64,000 bases of DNA from an uncultured delta proteobacterium (GTDB taxonomy: Bacteria > Myxococcota_A > Polyangia > Palsa-1104). The translations under genes and the position numbers were made by a program. Positions 21,889 through 30,810 of the stretch are shown here, piece after piece. The DNA is taken from NCBI GenBank assembly GCA_963785725.1, contig CAWAWS010000025.1, positions 15,191 to 79,190 on the forward strand, in the 5' to 3' direction. The notes beneath the pieces are model-generated. The model searched no databases. It was not told the DNA's origin and was given only the letters and a program-made list of their open reading frames with translations. Numbering within the stretch: position 1 is the stretch's first letter; every line of letters begins with the position of its first letter.

Positions 21889-22676
21889 CCGCGCGTCCCT
21901 TTCGGCTGGGCGCGACCTCGTTCGTGTGGCCCGATCGCATGGCGCCCAACGTCGCCAAGCTCGGTCCGCTCGTCGACGATGTCGAGCTCTTGCTGTTCAG
22001 CGTCGACGAAGATGTGCCCGACGAAGCCGAAGTGGCGGAGCTGCTGAGGCTGCAGCAGCAACATCGGCTCAGCTACTCGGTGCACACGCCGCTCGACGCC
22101 AGCCTGGCCTCGGCCGACGACGCGCGCCGGCGGCAAGGCATCGCCAAAGTGCAGCGCGCGCTCGCGTGGGGCCGGCCTTTTGCGCCGTCGGGTTACGCGC
22201 TGCATGTCTATCTCGGCGACGGCGAGCACGATCCGGCGCCGCCGAGCGATCGCGACGCGTGGCGGGCGCGGGCCACGCGTTCGCTGGAGGCGCTGCTCGA
22301 CTCCGGCGTGCCGGCGTCGGCCCTGTGCGTCGAGTGTCTCGACTACGATTTTCAGCTCATCGCGCCCGTCGTTCGCGCGCTCGATCTGTCGGTGGCGCTC
22401 GACGTCGGCCACCTCATGCGCGACGGCCGCGAGCTGCGCGCCGCCGTCGACGAGTGGCTGCCGCGCGCGCGCCTCATTCAGCTGCACGGCACGCGCCCCG
22501 ACGGTCGCGACCACGTGTCGTTGCGCCACGCGCCGCCCGCCGACGTCCGCTGGCTCCTCTCGACGCTGCACGAGCGCAAGTGGCCGGGCGTGTTGACCTT
22601 GGAAGTGTTCGCGCCGGAAGCGCTGATGGAATCGATCGCGATCGTGGACGAGCTGACGCGGACGCTTACGCGCTGA
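21876..22676 (+). CDS. AP endonuclease 2 / xylose-isomerase TIM-barrel protein, CbiR-like
   Basis: FRLGATSF, DDVELLLF, SVHTPLD, CVE, LDVGH, QLHG...RDH.SL, LTLEVF motifs as in cobamide-remodelling phosphodiesterase CbiR-like proteins. Confidence 0.7.
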   Translation: MAAVTARPFRLGATSFVWPDRMAPNVAKLGPLVDDVELLLFSVDEDVPDEAEVAELLRLQQQHRLSYSVHTPLDASLASADDARRRQGIAKVQRALAWGRPFAPSGYALHVYLGDGEHDPAPPSDRDAWRARATRSLEALLDSGVPASALCVECLDYDFQLIAPVVRALDLSVALDVGHLMRDGRELRAAVDEWLPRARLIQLHGTRPDGRDHVSLRHAPPADVRWLLSTLHERKWPGVLTLEVFAPEALMESIAIVDELTRTLTR

Positions 22677-23088
22677 AAATATCGGGCGAGACGATGGCGG
22701 CGAGCAGCGTCGCCTTGCCCGCCAAGACCGCGCAATAGATCTGCGTGTCGCGCACTTCGAACAGAAACGGCAGGAAGAAGCTGACGAACGCCACCAGCGC
22801 CAGCGCGCCGCGCAGGCCTCTTCCGCGGTGGATGCCGAGCGCCAGCGCGACCGCGAGCGCGCCCGCCGCCGTCTGCGCCGCGACGTAGCCGTCGGTCTTC
22901 TCGGCGCACGCCCAGGCCAAAAAGCCCATCGATAGGCCGAGCACGACCCGCAAGATCGTCAGCGCCAACAGCGCCGTCTGGCGTTTACGCGCGCGCTGCG
23001 CGACGGACGCGGCGTCGCTGGGCGGCCGCATGGCCGCTTCGATCGCCGCCAGATCCGGCGGCGCCAGCGTGGTCGACGACTGCGCCAT
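22666..23088 (-). CDS. hypothetical membrane protein (about 4 TM segments)
   Basis: GC3-biased frame starting MAQSSTT; several hydrophobic stretches. Confidence 0.7.
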   Translation of the reverse strand: MAQSSTTLAPPDLAAIEAAMRPPSDAASVAQRARKRQTALLALTILRVVLGLSMGFLAWACAEKTDGYVAAQTAAGALAVALALGIHRGRGLRGALALVAFVSFFLPFLFEVRDTQIYCAVLAGKATLLAAIVSPDIFSA

Positions 23089-23090
23089 GT

Positions 23091-23832
23091 CTACCCGAGC
23101 TCCGCTGCGAATAGCTTCTTCACGCGTTCCCAAGCGTCGGCGGCGGCCTTCGGCTCGTACGAGCCGCGCTTGTCGCAGAAGAAGCCGTGGGTGGCGCCGT
23201 CGTAGAGGACGATCTCGTGGCGCACGTGATGGGCGGTGAGCGCGGCGTCGATCTTGGCGCGCTGGTCGGCCGTGATGTGCGTGTCGTCGGCGCCGAAGAA
23301 GCAGGTGATGCGCCCTTTGATGTCGCCCGAGCGCTCGACCGTGGGCGTGGTGCCGCCGGGGCCGAACGTGGCGATGCCGCCGCCGTAAAACGACGCCGTG
23401 ACCGTGATCGGCAACGTCGCGGCCGCGTAGTAGGCGATGTGGCCGCCGATGCAGAAGCCGATGGCGCCGAGCTTGGCCGTGTCGGCCTCTTTGCGCGTCT
23501 TGACGTAGGCGACGGTGGCGGCGAGGTCGGCGTTCAAGCCCGCGAGGGTGAGCTTGGGAATGAGCGCCATGCCGACCTTCATGTCCTCGTTGCGTGTAGC
23601 CGAGCTGCGTGCCCGGCTTCCAGGCGCGATGGTGATAGTCGGGCGCGATGGCGACGTAACCTTCGCGCGCCAGCCGCTGGCAGACGTCGCGAATGTGCAC
23701 GTTGACGCCGAACACCTCTTCGAACACGAGCACGACCGGCCGCGGACCGCTGGCAGCGGGCAGCGCCAAGAATGCCGGCATCGGCTGGCCGTCGACCTCG
23801 ATCGTGATCTCTTCCGTGCGCGCGTCCGCCAT
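23091..23832 (-). CDS. dienelactone hydrolase family protein, frameshifted near 23593
   Basis: N-part EEVFGVNVHIRDVCQRLAREGY and C-part GFCIGG / HGFFCD are in different frames; one extra base in TAC ACG C AAC GAG. Confidence 0.88.
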
Positions 23833-23898
23833 TCGTCACTCCTGATTTCAGGCTTACGAGGGGCGCAACATAGCACAGCGCATGCTAAATTTTGAGAC

Positions 23899-25428
23899 GT
23901 GAAGGCCGATCAGGACACCGAGGCGCCGCCGCCGCGCCAGGCGTGGGAAGAGCCGCCGCGCGCCGGCTGGTGCTCGTCGCTGCCCGACCTCGCCAAGGAG
24001 CTGGGGCTGTTCGCGGGCTCGGCGGCGCTGGCGTTCGGCGTCGTGCGCTTGGTGCACGCGGCGCGGCAAATGGGCACGCACGAGCAGCACGGCTTCGGCT
24101 TCGTCGTCTTGTGCGCCATGTGGCTCGGCGTCTGCGTCGTCCTGGCGTCGCTCGGGCTCTACATTTACCGGCGGCTCGGCGGCGTCGGCATCGTCACCGC
24201 GATGCTCACCGACTTCAGGCGCGTCAAGAGCATGGGCGGACGGCCGCCGGTGTGGCTGGACGCGGCGCCGGCGGGCGGGCTCGTCGTCGCGCACCTGTCG
24301 GATCTGCACGTCAACGAAGGGGTGCGCGTGCGCATGGTCGAGCGGCCGCATCCCGGCGGCAACGCGCAGCTCGAGCGCGTGCTCGACCGTCCCGAGCTCG
24401 GCGACGTCGACGTCGTCATCGTCACCGGCGACGTCACCGATCGCGGCACGGCCGCGTCGTGGCGCAGCTTCGTCGACGCCCTCGAGGAGCGCGGCCTGCA
24501 AAACCGCACCATCCTCGTGCCCGGCAATCACGACTTGGCGCTCGTCGACGCCGTGGTCGGCCGCGATCACGCGCTCCGGCTCGACCGCTTCGGCATCGTG
24601 CAGCTGGCGAACCTGCTCAAGTTCGCCGAGGCCTTCGCCGGCACGCTCGGCGGCCAGCTCGGCGTGGTGCTCGTCGACGGCGAGCCGAAACCCTACGCCG
24701 ACGCGTGGCTCGCGGCCGAGCGGCGCGTCCGTCCGCTCGTGGCCGAGCTGCCGACGCTGCCGATCCCGCCGTTACGGCTGCGGCGCTGGTTCAAAGAGCG
24801 GCGCGCCTTCTTCGACTACGTCGAGCGCATCGAAGCCGCGCGCGCGACGCTGATGGCGCTCTTTCCCGTCGCCGTGCCGCTGCCCGAGACCGGCGCGGTG
24901 GTGTTCGTGCTCAACTCGGTGTCGCGCGTGTCGCGGCATCCGGCGCTCAACGCCATCGGACGCATCGGCCAGGCGCAATATCAGCGACTCGAGCAGCTGG
25001 CGCGCACGCGACCGGAGCCGCTCAAGCTCGTCGCCGTGCATCACCACATCGTGCGGCGCGGCGAAGAGGCGTCGTTCGGCTTCCTGCATCGGCTGTTCGC
25101 CAAGTTCACCGTGCTCGGCGACGCGGCGCCACTGGTGAAGTTCTGCGCGCGCCATGGCGTCCGCGCCGTCATGAACGGCCACCGCCACCTGTCGTATCAG
25201 CTGCGTTTGCCGTCGGGCACGTGCCTGTTGGCGGCGCCGTCCTCGACGATGGGTGACGAGCTGTCGCACGATCCGCGCCCGCAGTTCGAGCGCTGGCACT
25301 TTGCGCCCACGCCCGACGACGCGACGGTGGGCATCTTCCGCGCGCCGGTGCGGCTGCCCCAGAAATCAGAGCCGGCGGAGCCGACGCCGCAAGCGCTGGC
25401 GGCGCTGCCTACTTCTCGACCTGCGTGA
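23899..25428 (+). CDS. membrane-anchored calcineurin-like metallophosphoesterase
   Basis: N-terminal TM segments; SDLH, TGD, PGNHD, HHH, NGHRH motifs. Confidence 0.85.
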   Translation: MKADQDTEAPPPRQAWEEPPRAGWCSSLPDLAKELGLFAGSAALAFGVVRLVHAARQMGTHEQHGFGFVVLCAMWLGVCVVLASLGLYIYRRLGGVGIVTAMLTDFRRVKSMGGRPPVWLDAAPAGGLVVAHLSDLHVNEGVRVRMVERPHPGGNAQLERVLDRPELGDVDVVIVTGDVTDRGTAASWRSFVDALEERGLQNRTILVPGNHDLALVDAVVGRDHALRLDRFGIVQLANLLKFAEAFAGTLGGQLGVVLVDGEPKPYADAWLAAERRVRPLVAELPTLPIPPLRLRRWFKERRAFFDYVERIEAARATLMALFPVAVPLPETGAVVFVLNSVSRVSRHPALNAIGRIGQAQYQRLEQLARTRPEPLKLVAVHHHIVRRGEEASFGFLHRLFAKFTVLGDAAPLVKFCARHGVRAVMNGHRHLSYQLRLPSGTCLLAAPSSTMGDELSHDPRPQFERWHFAPTPDDATVGIFRAPVRLPQKSEPAEPTPQALAALPTSRPA

Positions 25429-25795
25429 TGAAGTATTCCTCGGGCGTGCAGCGCCACCACGACTTCAAGTCCTGACGATAGTGCAGCGTCACGCGCGTCG
25501 CCGTCCGCTCGGCTTCGCGCAGCTGCTTCATGATCGGATTGTTGTCCGACTGATCGTCGACGCTGAACGTGAACGTCTCGACCGCCTGGCCGGCGGCGGC
25601 GCCGGTCAGCGCCAGCTCGCCCTCGGCGTAGCGACAGATGGGCGTGCCTTTGACGGCGATCTTGCGCACGATGCCGGTGCGCTCGCCCTGCGAATAGCCG
25701 TGATACCACCAGTAGCGCAGCCCCTGCCACGCCGCCAAGATCGCGAGCACGCCGAACACGGCCATGCCCGTCTTCACTTTCGGTCCCAGCTTCAT
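25409..25795 (-). CDS. conserved hypothetical protein with N-terminal membrane anchor
   Basis: TM helix followed by YSQGERTG.V.K...KG...EGEL motif and V.LHY.Q; -10-like TACGGT 6 nt before the ATG. Confidence 0.75.
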   Translation of the reverse strand: MKLGPKVKTGMAVFGVLAILAAWQGLRYWWYHGYSQGERTGIVRKIAVKGTPICRYAEGELALTGAAAGQAVETFTFSVDDQSDNNPIMKQLREAERTATRVTLHYRQDLKSWWRCTPEEYFITQVEK

Positions 25796-26029
25796 GATGT
25801 CACCGTACCATAGAGTGTCACGAGCCCTCGTCGCGCGCCCGGCCGATTGCGGCGGCGGATCCCCGACGGCGTCACCCGGGCGCATCCGCTACATGACTCG
25901 ACGTGTACGGCTCGCACATGTCTGACGATTCGGCGTGCCGCTCGTGCACACGCGCGCCAAAGCGGCAACAGTGACAACGCCCGCGCGACGCTCCGGCGAC
26001 CTCGGCCCCCGCCTGGATCGTGGCCGGAC

Positions 26030-26280
26030 AGGCTGCTGGCTGGCGACGGTATTAGCCACTGAGACCAGCAACCACCGCTACCAATTTCCAGGCCCCAGAT
26101 GGCCTGGCTGGACGATTCCGGGATGGCGGAATTCCGAAGCTACGGCAATGTCTTACATGAGGTAACGAGGTTGCGCGGGTGGAGCGAATCTCCCCAGGGG
26201 AAACGCGCTCCAGAACGGGATGGATCGCCGGGGTCAAGTCACCCCGCTCGCACCTCGACGCGCCGTCGAAAGGCGCGCCG
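26030..26280. ncRNA. candidate structured RNA / leader, family unknown
   Basis: At least six stems: 26088-94/26101-07, 26115-20/26127-32, 26166-75/26249-57 (bulged), 26180-86/26206-12, 26229-34/26241-46, 26259-64/26272-77. Confidence 0.4.
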
Positions 26281-26336
26281 GACGTGAAAATGGTGGTCGG
26301 CATCGCGCCTGCAAAAGGGAGAGCGCGAGGATCGAC

Positions 26337-26495
26337 ATGAGCGACAAGGTCATCGTCAGCGGGATCGATATCATCAACGAGCCGGACCCGTGGGATGTCG
26401 GCATGGTCACGGAGCGCCTGCCCGCGCTCGAGCTGTATGACGACGGAATCGAGCCCGACAACGAGCCCGACGTCCGCCGCGACCGCGCTGCGTAA
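26337..26495 (+). CDS. small acidic protein (52 aa)
   Basis: GAGG 6 nt upstream of ATG; strong GC3 codon bias; EPD motif occurs three times. Confidence 0.6.
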   Translation: MSDKVIVSGIDIINEPDPWDVGMVTERLPALELYDDGIEPDNEPDVRRDRAA

Positions 26496-26512
26496 CACTA
26501 CGTAGCTTTGCG

Positions 26513-27610
26513 CTAGATCCCGTCGGTGGGATCGTGGCGGAAATGCACGCGCGGCGCGAGCTGCGGGGAAATCCACACTTTGTTGTGCGCATCGACAATC
26601 ACGACGCCTACGTCTTGAAACGAGGCCGCTAGCGCTAATCCGCGCTCGGGGCCGATGATGAACACGGCGTCGTCGAGCGCGTCCGCCAACAGCGCCGACG
26701 GCGCGAACACGGTGACGCTGCGCGAGGCCGTCGCCGGATAGCCGGTGTGCGGATCGATGATGTGATGGTAGCGGCGACCGTCGAGGACGAAGCCGCGCTC
26801 GTAATCTCCCGCTGTCGAAAACGCATGATCGACGATGGGCGCCATGGCGAAGGCGTCGCCGTGGCCGGAGCGCGGATCTTGGATGCCGACCGACCACGGC
26901 GTGCCGCTCTTCGAGCCGGCCGCGAAGAGATCGCCGCCCGCCTGCACGATGAAGTCGCTAAGACCGTGCGCGCGCAAGACGGCGGCGCATTTGTCGACGG
27001 CGTAACCCTTGGCGATGCCGCCCAAGCCGATGCGCATGCCGGCGCGCTTCAAGAACAGCGTGTGCGCCTTGGCGTCGACGACGAGGTCGCGATAGTTGAT
27101 GAGCTTGCGCTTGGCCGCGATCGTCTTGGCGTCGGGGATCTTGCGCTCCAGATCTTCGTCGAACTTCCAGATGCCGCGCATCGCCGCGTAGGTGATGTCG
27201 AAGGCGCCGCCCGACTTGCGCGCCAGCTCTTGCGCCTCCTGCACGACCTCAATCGTCTCGGGCGAGACCTCGACCGGCTTTTGCCCGGCCGCTTTGTTGA
27301 CGCGCACGACGTCCGACGGCGCCTGCTCCGGCCGCTCCCAATCGGTCATGAGCCGCTCGATGCGCTCGAGCTCGGCGAAGGCCGCCGTGAACGCTTCGTG
27401 CGCGCGCGCTTCGTCGGCGGTCCAGGCCACGAGCGCGACTTCGGTGCCCATAGCCTGCGCCGAGTCGCGCACCGAATGCGGCGCGCCGGCCGCGGGCGGC
27501 GACGGCGTGGCGACTTGCGCGCGCGCCCCGCTCGTCGACAAAAGCGGCAACGCCAGTAGCACCAAGGCCGAGCGTCGCACGGCAGCCGACCGCCAAACGG
27601 CGCGCTTCAT
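26513..27610 (-). CDS. apbE: FAD:protein FMN transferase
   Basis: AMGT, SGGAFDIT, LGGIAKGYAVD, AGGD, STAGDYER, YHHIIDPHTGYP, ADAL motifs; signal peptide. Confidence 0.95.
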   Translation of the reverse strand: MKRAVWRSAAVRRSALVLLALPLLSTSGARAQVATPSPPAAGAPHSVRDSAQAMGTEVALVAWTADEARAHEAFTAAFAELERIERLMTDWERPEQAPSDVVRVNKAAGQKPVEVSPETIEVVQEAQELARKSGGAFDITYAAMRGIWKFDEDLERKIPDAKTIAAKRKLINYRDLVVDAKAHTLFLKRAGMRIGLGGIAKGYAVDKCAAVLRAHGLSDFIVQAGGDLFAAGSKSGTPWSVGIQDPRSGHGDAFAMAPIVDHAFSTAGDYERGFVLDGRRYHHIIDPHTGYPATASRSVTVFAPSALLADALDDAVFIIGPERGLALAASFQDVGVVIVDAHNKVWISPQLAPRVHFRHDPTDGI

Positions 27611-28560
27611 GGAAGCTCACCGGGATGCGCCTGACGATATTCGATCAGCAGCTTCTGCACTTCGGCTTGGAACTCCTTGGAGAACTGCGCGCCCGCCTTG
27701 TCGGCGATCGCCATCGAGCGGCGAACGACCTCTTTTTGCATGTCGGGCGGCGTCACCACTTCTTCGAGGCCGCGCGACTTCATGGCCGTGAGCGCGTTCG
27801 TGTTGTCGGTGCGCACCTGCGCGATCGCCGCCGCCTCCAGCTTGTCGCCCTCTTCGAGGATGATCTTTTGATCGGCGGGCGCGATCGACTGCCACGACTT
27901 CTTCGTCAGCACCGTCGCGCCCGTCGCCATGCCGATGACCGCCGAGGTCACGTATTTGGCGTGCGTCGACCATTGCAGCACCATCGCCGACAAGGGCGAG
28001 CCGAAGAAGGCGTCGATGCTGCCCGTCGACAGCGCCGGCAAGACCTCGGGCACGCCGAGCGGCACGCCGCGCAACTCCAGCGCCGCGAACAGCTGCTTCG
28101 TCAGCGGGTCGTCACTCCACATCCACAGCTTCGTCTGCCGCAAGTCGTCGAGCGAGCGAATCGGACGCTGCGAGAAGATGCGCACCGGGCCGACGTCACC
28201 CCAGCCCATGAGCATGTAGCCCTGCTCGTCGAACCGCTTCTTGATGAGGCCGCCCAAGCGATCGCGCGCGTGGTCGAGCTCGGCGTAGGTGCGCGCGGCT
28301 TCGAGGGCGCGCGCTTCGGGATCGATCATGCTGAGGCCGATGCCGGTGATGGCGGCGCCGTCGAGCTGGCCGCCGCGCATCTTGCGGATGACGTCGCGCT
28401 CGTCGCCTTGCACGCCGCCGGTGTAGAACTTGAGGCGCACGCGGCCTTCGGTGCGCGCCTCGACGTTGGTCTGCAGCTGGCGGAACAGCTTCATCCACGA
28501 CGAGCCTTCGGGCGCGAGCGTGGCGATTTTGAGGACGATCGCGAGCGCGACGACATGCAT
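27607..28560 (-). CDS. dctP: TRAP substrate-binding protein DctP (TatP-like), very short N-terminus
   Basis: LKIATLAPEGSSW, GGVQGDE..V.RKMR.GQLDGA, VLPAL.TG.ID, LQW motifs; ATGA overlap with apbE. Confidence 0.9.
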   Translation of the reverse strand: MHVVALAIVLKIATLAPEGSSWMKLFRQLQTNVEARTEGRVRLKFYTGGVQGDERDVIRKMRGGQLDGAAITGIGLSMIDPEARALEAARTYAELDHARDRLGGLIKKRFDEQGYMLMGWGDVGPVRIFSQRPIRSLDDLRQTKLWMWSDDPLTKQLFAALELRGVPLGVPEVLPALSTGSIDAFFGSPLSAMVLQWSTHAKYVTSAVIGMATGATVLTKKSWQSIAPADQKIILEEGDKLEAAAIAQVRTDNTNALTAMKSRGLEEVVTPPDMQKEVVRRSMAIADKAGAQFSKEFQAEVQKLLIEYRQAHPGELP

Positions 28561-28576
28561 CGCGCGACCATATCAA

Positions 28577-29434
28577 TCAGGCGTAGCCGAAGTCGCCGGC
28601 ATGGCGGCGCAAGAAGCCGCCGACCAGGCACGCCTGTGCGAACCACAGTAAGTTGGCGGCGCAGGCGCGCAGGCAGCCGCCGGCGACGGGGACGCTCTGC
28701 AAGAGCGGCGCGAGCGTGCGGCCGAAGAGGGCGAAGGCGACCAGCGTGGCCCAAAAGAGCGCCACCAGCCGCAGGTACGAGGCCGGCGCGCGCGTGATGA
28801 CCTGCAGCCAGGCGACGGGATAGAGCGCGCCCAGCGTCGACTGCGTGAGGACGACGCTGACGAGCGCCGCCGGCAAATAGACGAGCCCGAGCGCGATCAG
28901 CATGAGCGTGACGAGCGGGCTCGGCGGATTCGTCAGCTGCGTCCAGGCGACGAGATAGGGCAGCGCGGCGACGAAGACGCACAACCCGCCGCGCAGCGAC
29001 ATCGTGGCCAGCGACCACACGTCGTCGAGCAGGTCGGATGGGCCGGGCAGGCCGTCGCGCCCGTCGCCGACGTGGGCGATGATCTGGAAGTAGTAGCCGA
29101 CGAGGCTGCCGTAATAGACGACGTTCATGAGCAGCGTGAACCAGCTCATGCCGGGGATCCAGGCGACGAAGCCGGAGAGGATGAGCGGCGACGCCAGGCC
29201 GGCGGCGGTGATGACGCCTTCGACGGTGAAGGCGCGGCGGGCGAGCGCGGCGGCGTCGTGGTCGGGGCGGGCGACGATCGTCGAGGGCGCGACCAGCGGC
29301 GCGTTGCACTTGGCGCACACTTCGTAAAGCTGGCCTTTGACGGTGAGCTGCTTGACGCAGACGGCGCACCAGGCGCGCTGGCAGCGGCTGCATTGGCGGG
29401 CCGCGAGCGCCGACGGGTGCGACACGCAGTGCAT
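28577..29434 (-). CDS. B-box-like Zn-finger membrane protein
   Basis: C..HP......C..C....C..C...C..C N-terminus followed by about 6 hydrophobic segments. Confidence 0.75.
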   Translation of the reverse strand: MHCVSHPSALAARQCSRCQRAWCAVCVKQLTVKGQLYEVCAKCNAPLVAPSTIVARPDHDAAALARRAFTVEGVITAAGLASPLILSGFVAWIPGMSWFTLLMNVVYYGSLVGYYFQIIAHVGDGRDGLPGPSDLLDDVWSLATMSLRGGLCVFVAALPYLVAWTQLTNPPSPLVTLMLIALGLVYLPAALVSVVLTQSTLGALYPVAWLQVITRAPASYLRLVALFWATLVAFALFGRTLAPLLQSVPVAGGCLRACAANLLWFAQACLVGGFLRRHAGDFGYA

Positions 29435-29559
29435 GCAGCGATCGTAGCAGCGGCCCGCGACGCGGTCGAGCGCAGGCGATCGGCGAAATCTGTCGGGCTC
29501 TAGAACGCCGAACGGTGGCGCACAGGCGCATCGCAGTGAGCGGTCAAACCGTTCGCGTT

Positions 29560-30735
29560 CTAGGCTTCGGCGACGACAGCGACGAGCGCGGGCAAGGCGG
29601 CGGCGAGCGTCGCCGGCGCGACGAGCAGGCTGACGACGATCGTCGTCGGCGGCAGGTCGAAGAAGAAGCCGGGATGCACGACGACGCCGCGCGCGAGGAG
29701 CGCCAGCGTCCACTCCTCTTCCGTGCGCGTCGCGGGCAGGCGCACGATGGCCGACCAGCCGCCGTCGGCGCGGTAGAGCTGCGCAGCGCTGTGCTCGTCG
29801 CAGGCGGCGGCGAGCGCGGCGCGGTTGGCGATGGCGCGCGCGCGAAGCTGCGCGCCCACGTCGTCGACGAGCGGCAAGAGCGCGGGCGCCGCCAGCTGCA
29901 CCGGCGTCGCCACCGACAAATAAGTGTCGGCGATGAGGTGCAGCCGCTCTTCGGCGAGCGCGCGCAGCGCCGGCGGACCGCCGGCGACGATCCAGCCGAG
30001 CTTGAGCTGCGGCAGCCCGACCGGCTTCGACAGGCCGCTCAGGCAAAACGTCAGCGCCGGCGCCGACCGATCGCCGTCGTCGACGAGCGTCGTCAGGCGC
30101 GCGGCGTCGCGTTCGTAGCCGTAGTCGGCGAACACCTCGTCGCTGATGACGGCCAGCTCGTGCGCGGCGGCGAGCTGCCCGAGCGCGGCGGCCTCGGCGC
30201 GCGTCGCGAACGAGCCGGTCGGATTATTGGGGTTGACCACCACGATCGCGCGCGTCCGCGGCCCGATGGCGCGGCGCACCTCGTCGGCGTCGATGAACCA
30301 GCCGCCGTGATAGCGCACGGGATAATGACGCAGCTGCACGCCTTCGAGCGCCGCCAAGTGCTCGAACAGCGGATAGCTCGGCGACGGAACGAGGATGTCA
30401 TCGCCGGGATCGCAGAGCAGCTTGAGCAGCCACGCATAGGCTTCGCTCGTCGACGCCGTGAGCGTGACGCGCGCCGGATCGACCGCGCGCTCGTGCCGGC
30501 GATAATAGTCGGCGACGGCGACGCGCGCCGACAGCAGCCCCTCGGCGGTGGGTTCGTAGGCGAGCGCGCGCCGATCGGCGAGCGCGGCCAAGATCGCGGC
30601 CGCGGGATAGACGATTCCGACGGCGGTCGGGTTGGTCTCGGTCAGGTCGCACAGCGGGCCGGCGGCGCGCGCGGCGTCGACGGCGCGGCTGACGCGATTG
30701 GCGGCGAGCGACGGCGGCAGGCGCGACGAAAACAC
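29560..30735 (-). CDS. PLP-dependent aminotransferase class I/II
   Basis: NPNNPTG, ISDEVF, SGLSK..G.P..KLGW motifs. Confidence 0.93.
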   Translation of the reverse strand: MFSSRLPPSLAANRVSRAVDAARAAGPLCDLTETNPTAVGIVYPAAAILAALADRRALAYEPTAEGLLSARVAVADYYRRHERAVDPARVTLTASTSEAYAWLLKLLCDPGDDILVPSPSYPLFEHLAALEGVQLRHYPVRYHGGWFIDADEVRRAIGPRTRAIVVVNPNNPTGSFATRAEAAALGQLAAAHELAVISDEVFADYGYERDAARLTTLVDDGDRSAPALTFCLSGLSKPVGLPQLKLGWIVAGGPPALRALAEERLHLIADTYLSVATPVQLAAPALLPLVDDVGAQLRARAIANRAALAAACDEHSAAQLYRADGGWSAIVRLPATRTEEEWTLALLARGVVVHPGFFFDLPPTTIVVSLLVAPATLAAALPALVAVVAEA

Positions 30736-30810
30736 GACGCCATATTATGATGCCGTCGCAGAATTAAACGAAAACGAAATCAAACCTCATTCGAATGTGA
30801 CGAAATCGAA

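Noticed and set aside
22666..23832. Apparent fusion of dienelactone hydrolase to a membrane protein (388 aa)
   Set aside because: Artefact of the +1 frameshift near 23593 reading through into the next gene's frame
26118..26257. Canonical tRNA gene
   Set aside because: Only fragments resemble tRNA-Leu; there is no proper anticodon arm or TTC T-loop, and the acceptor strands do not match
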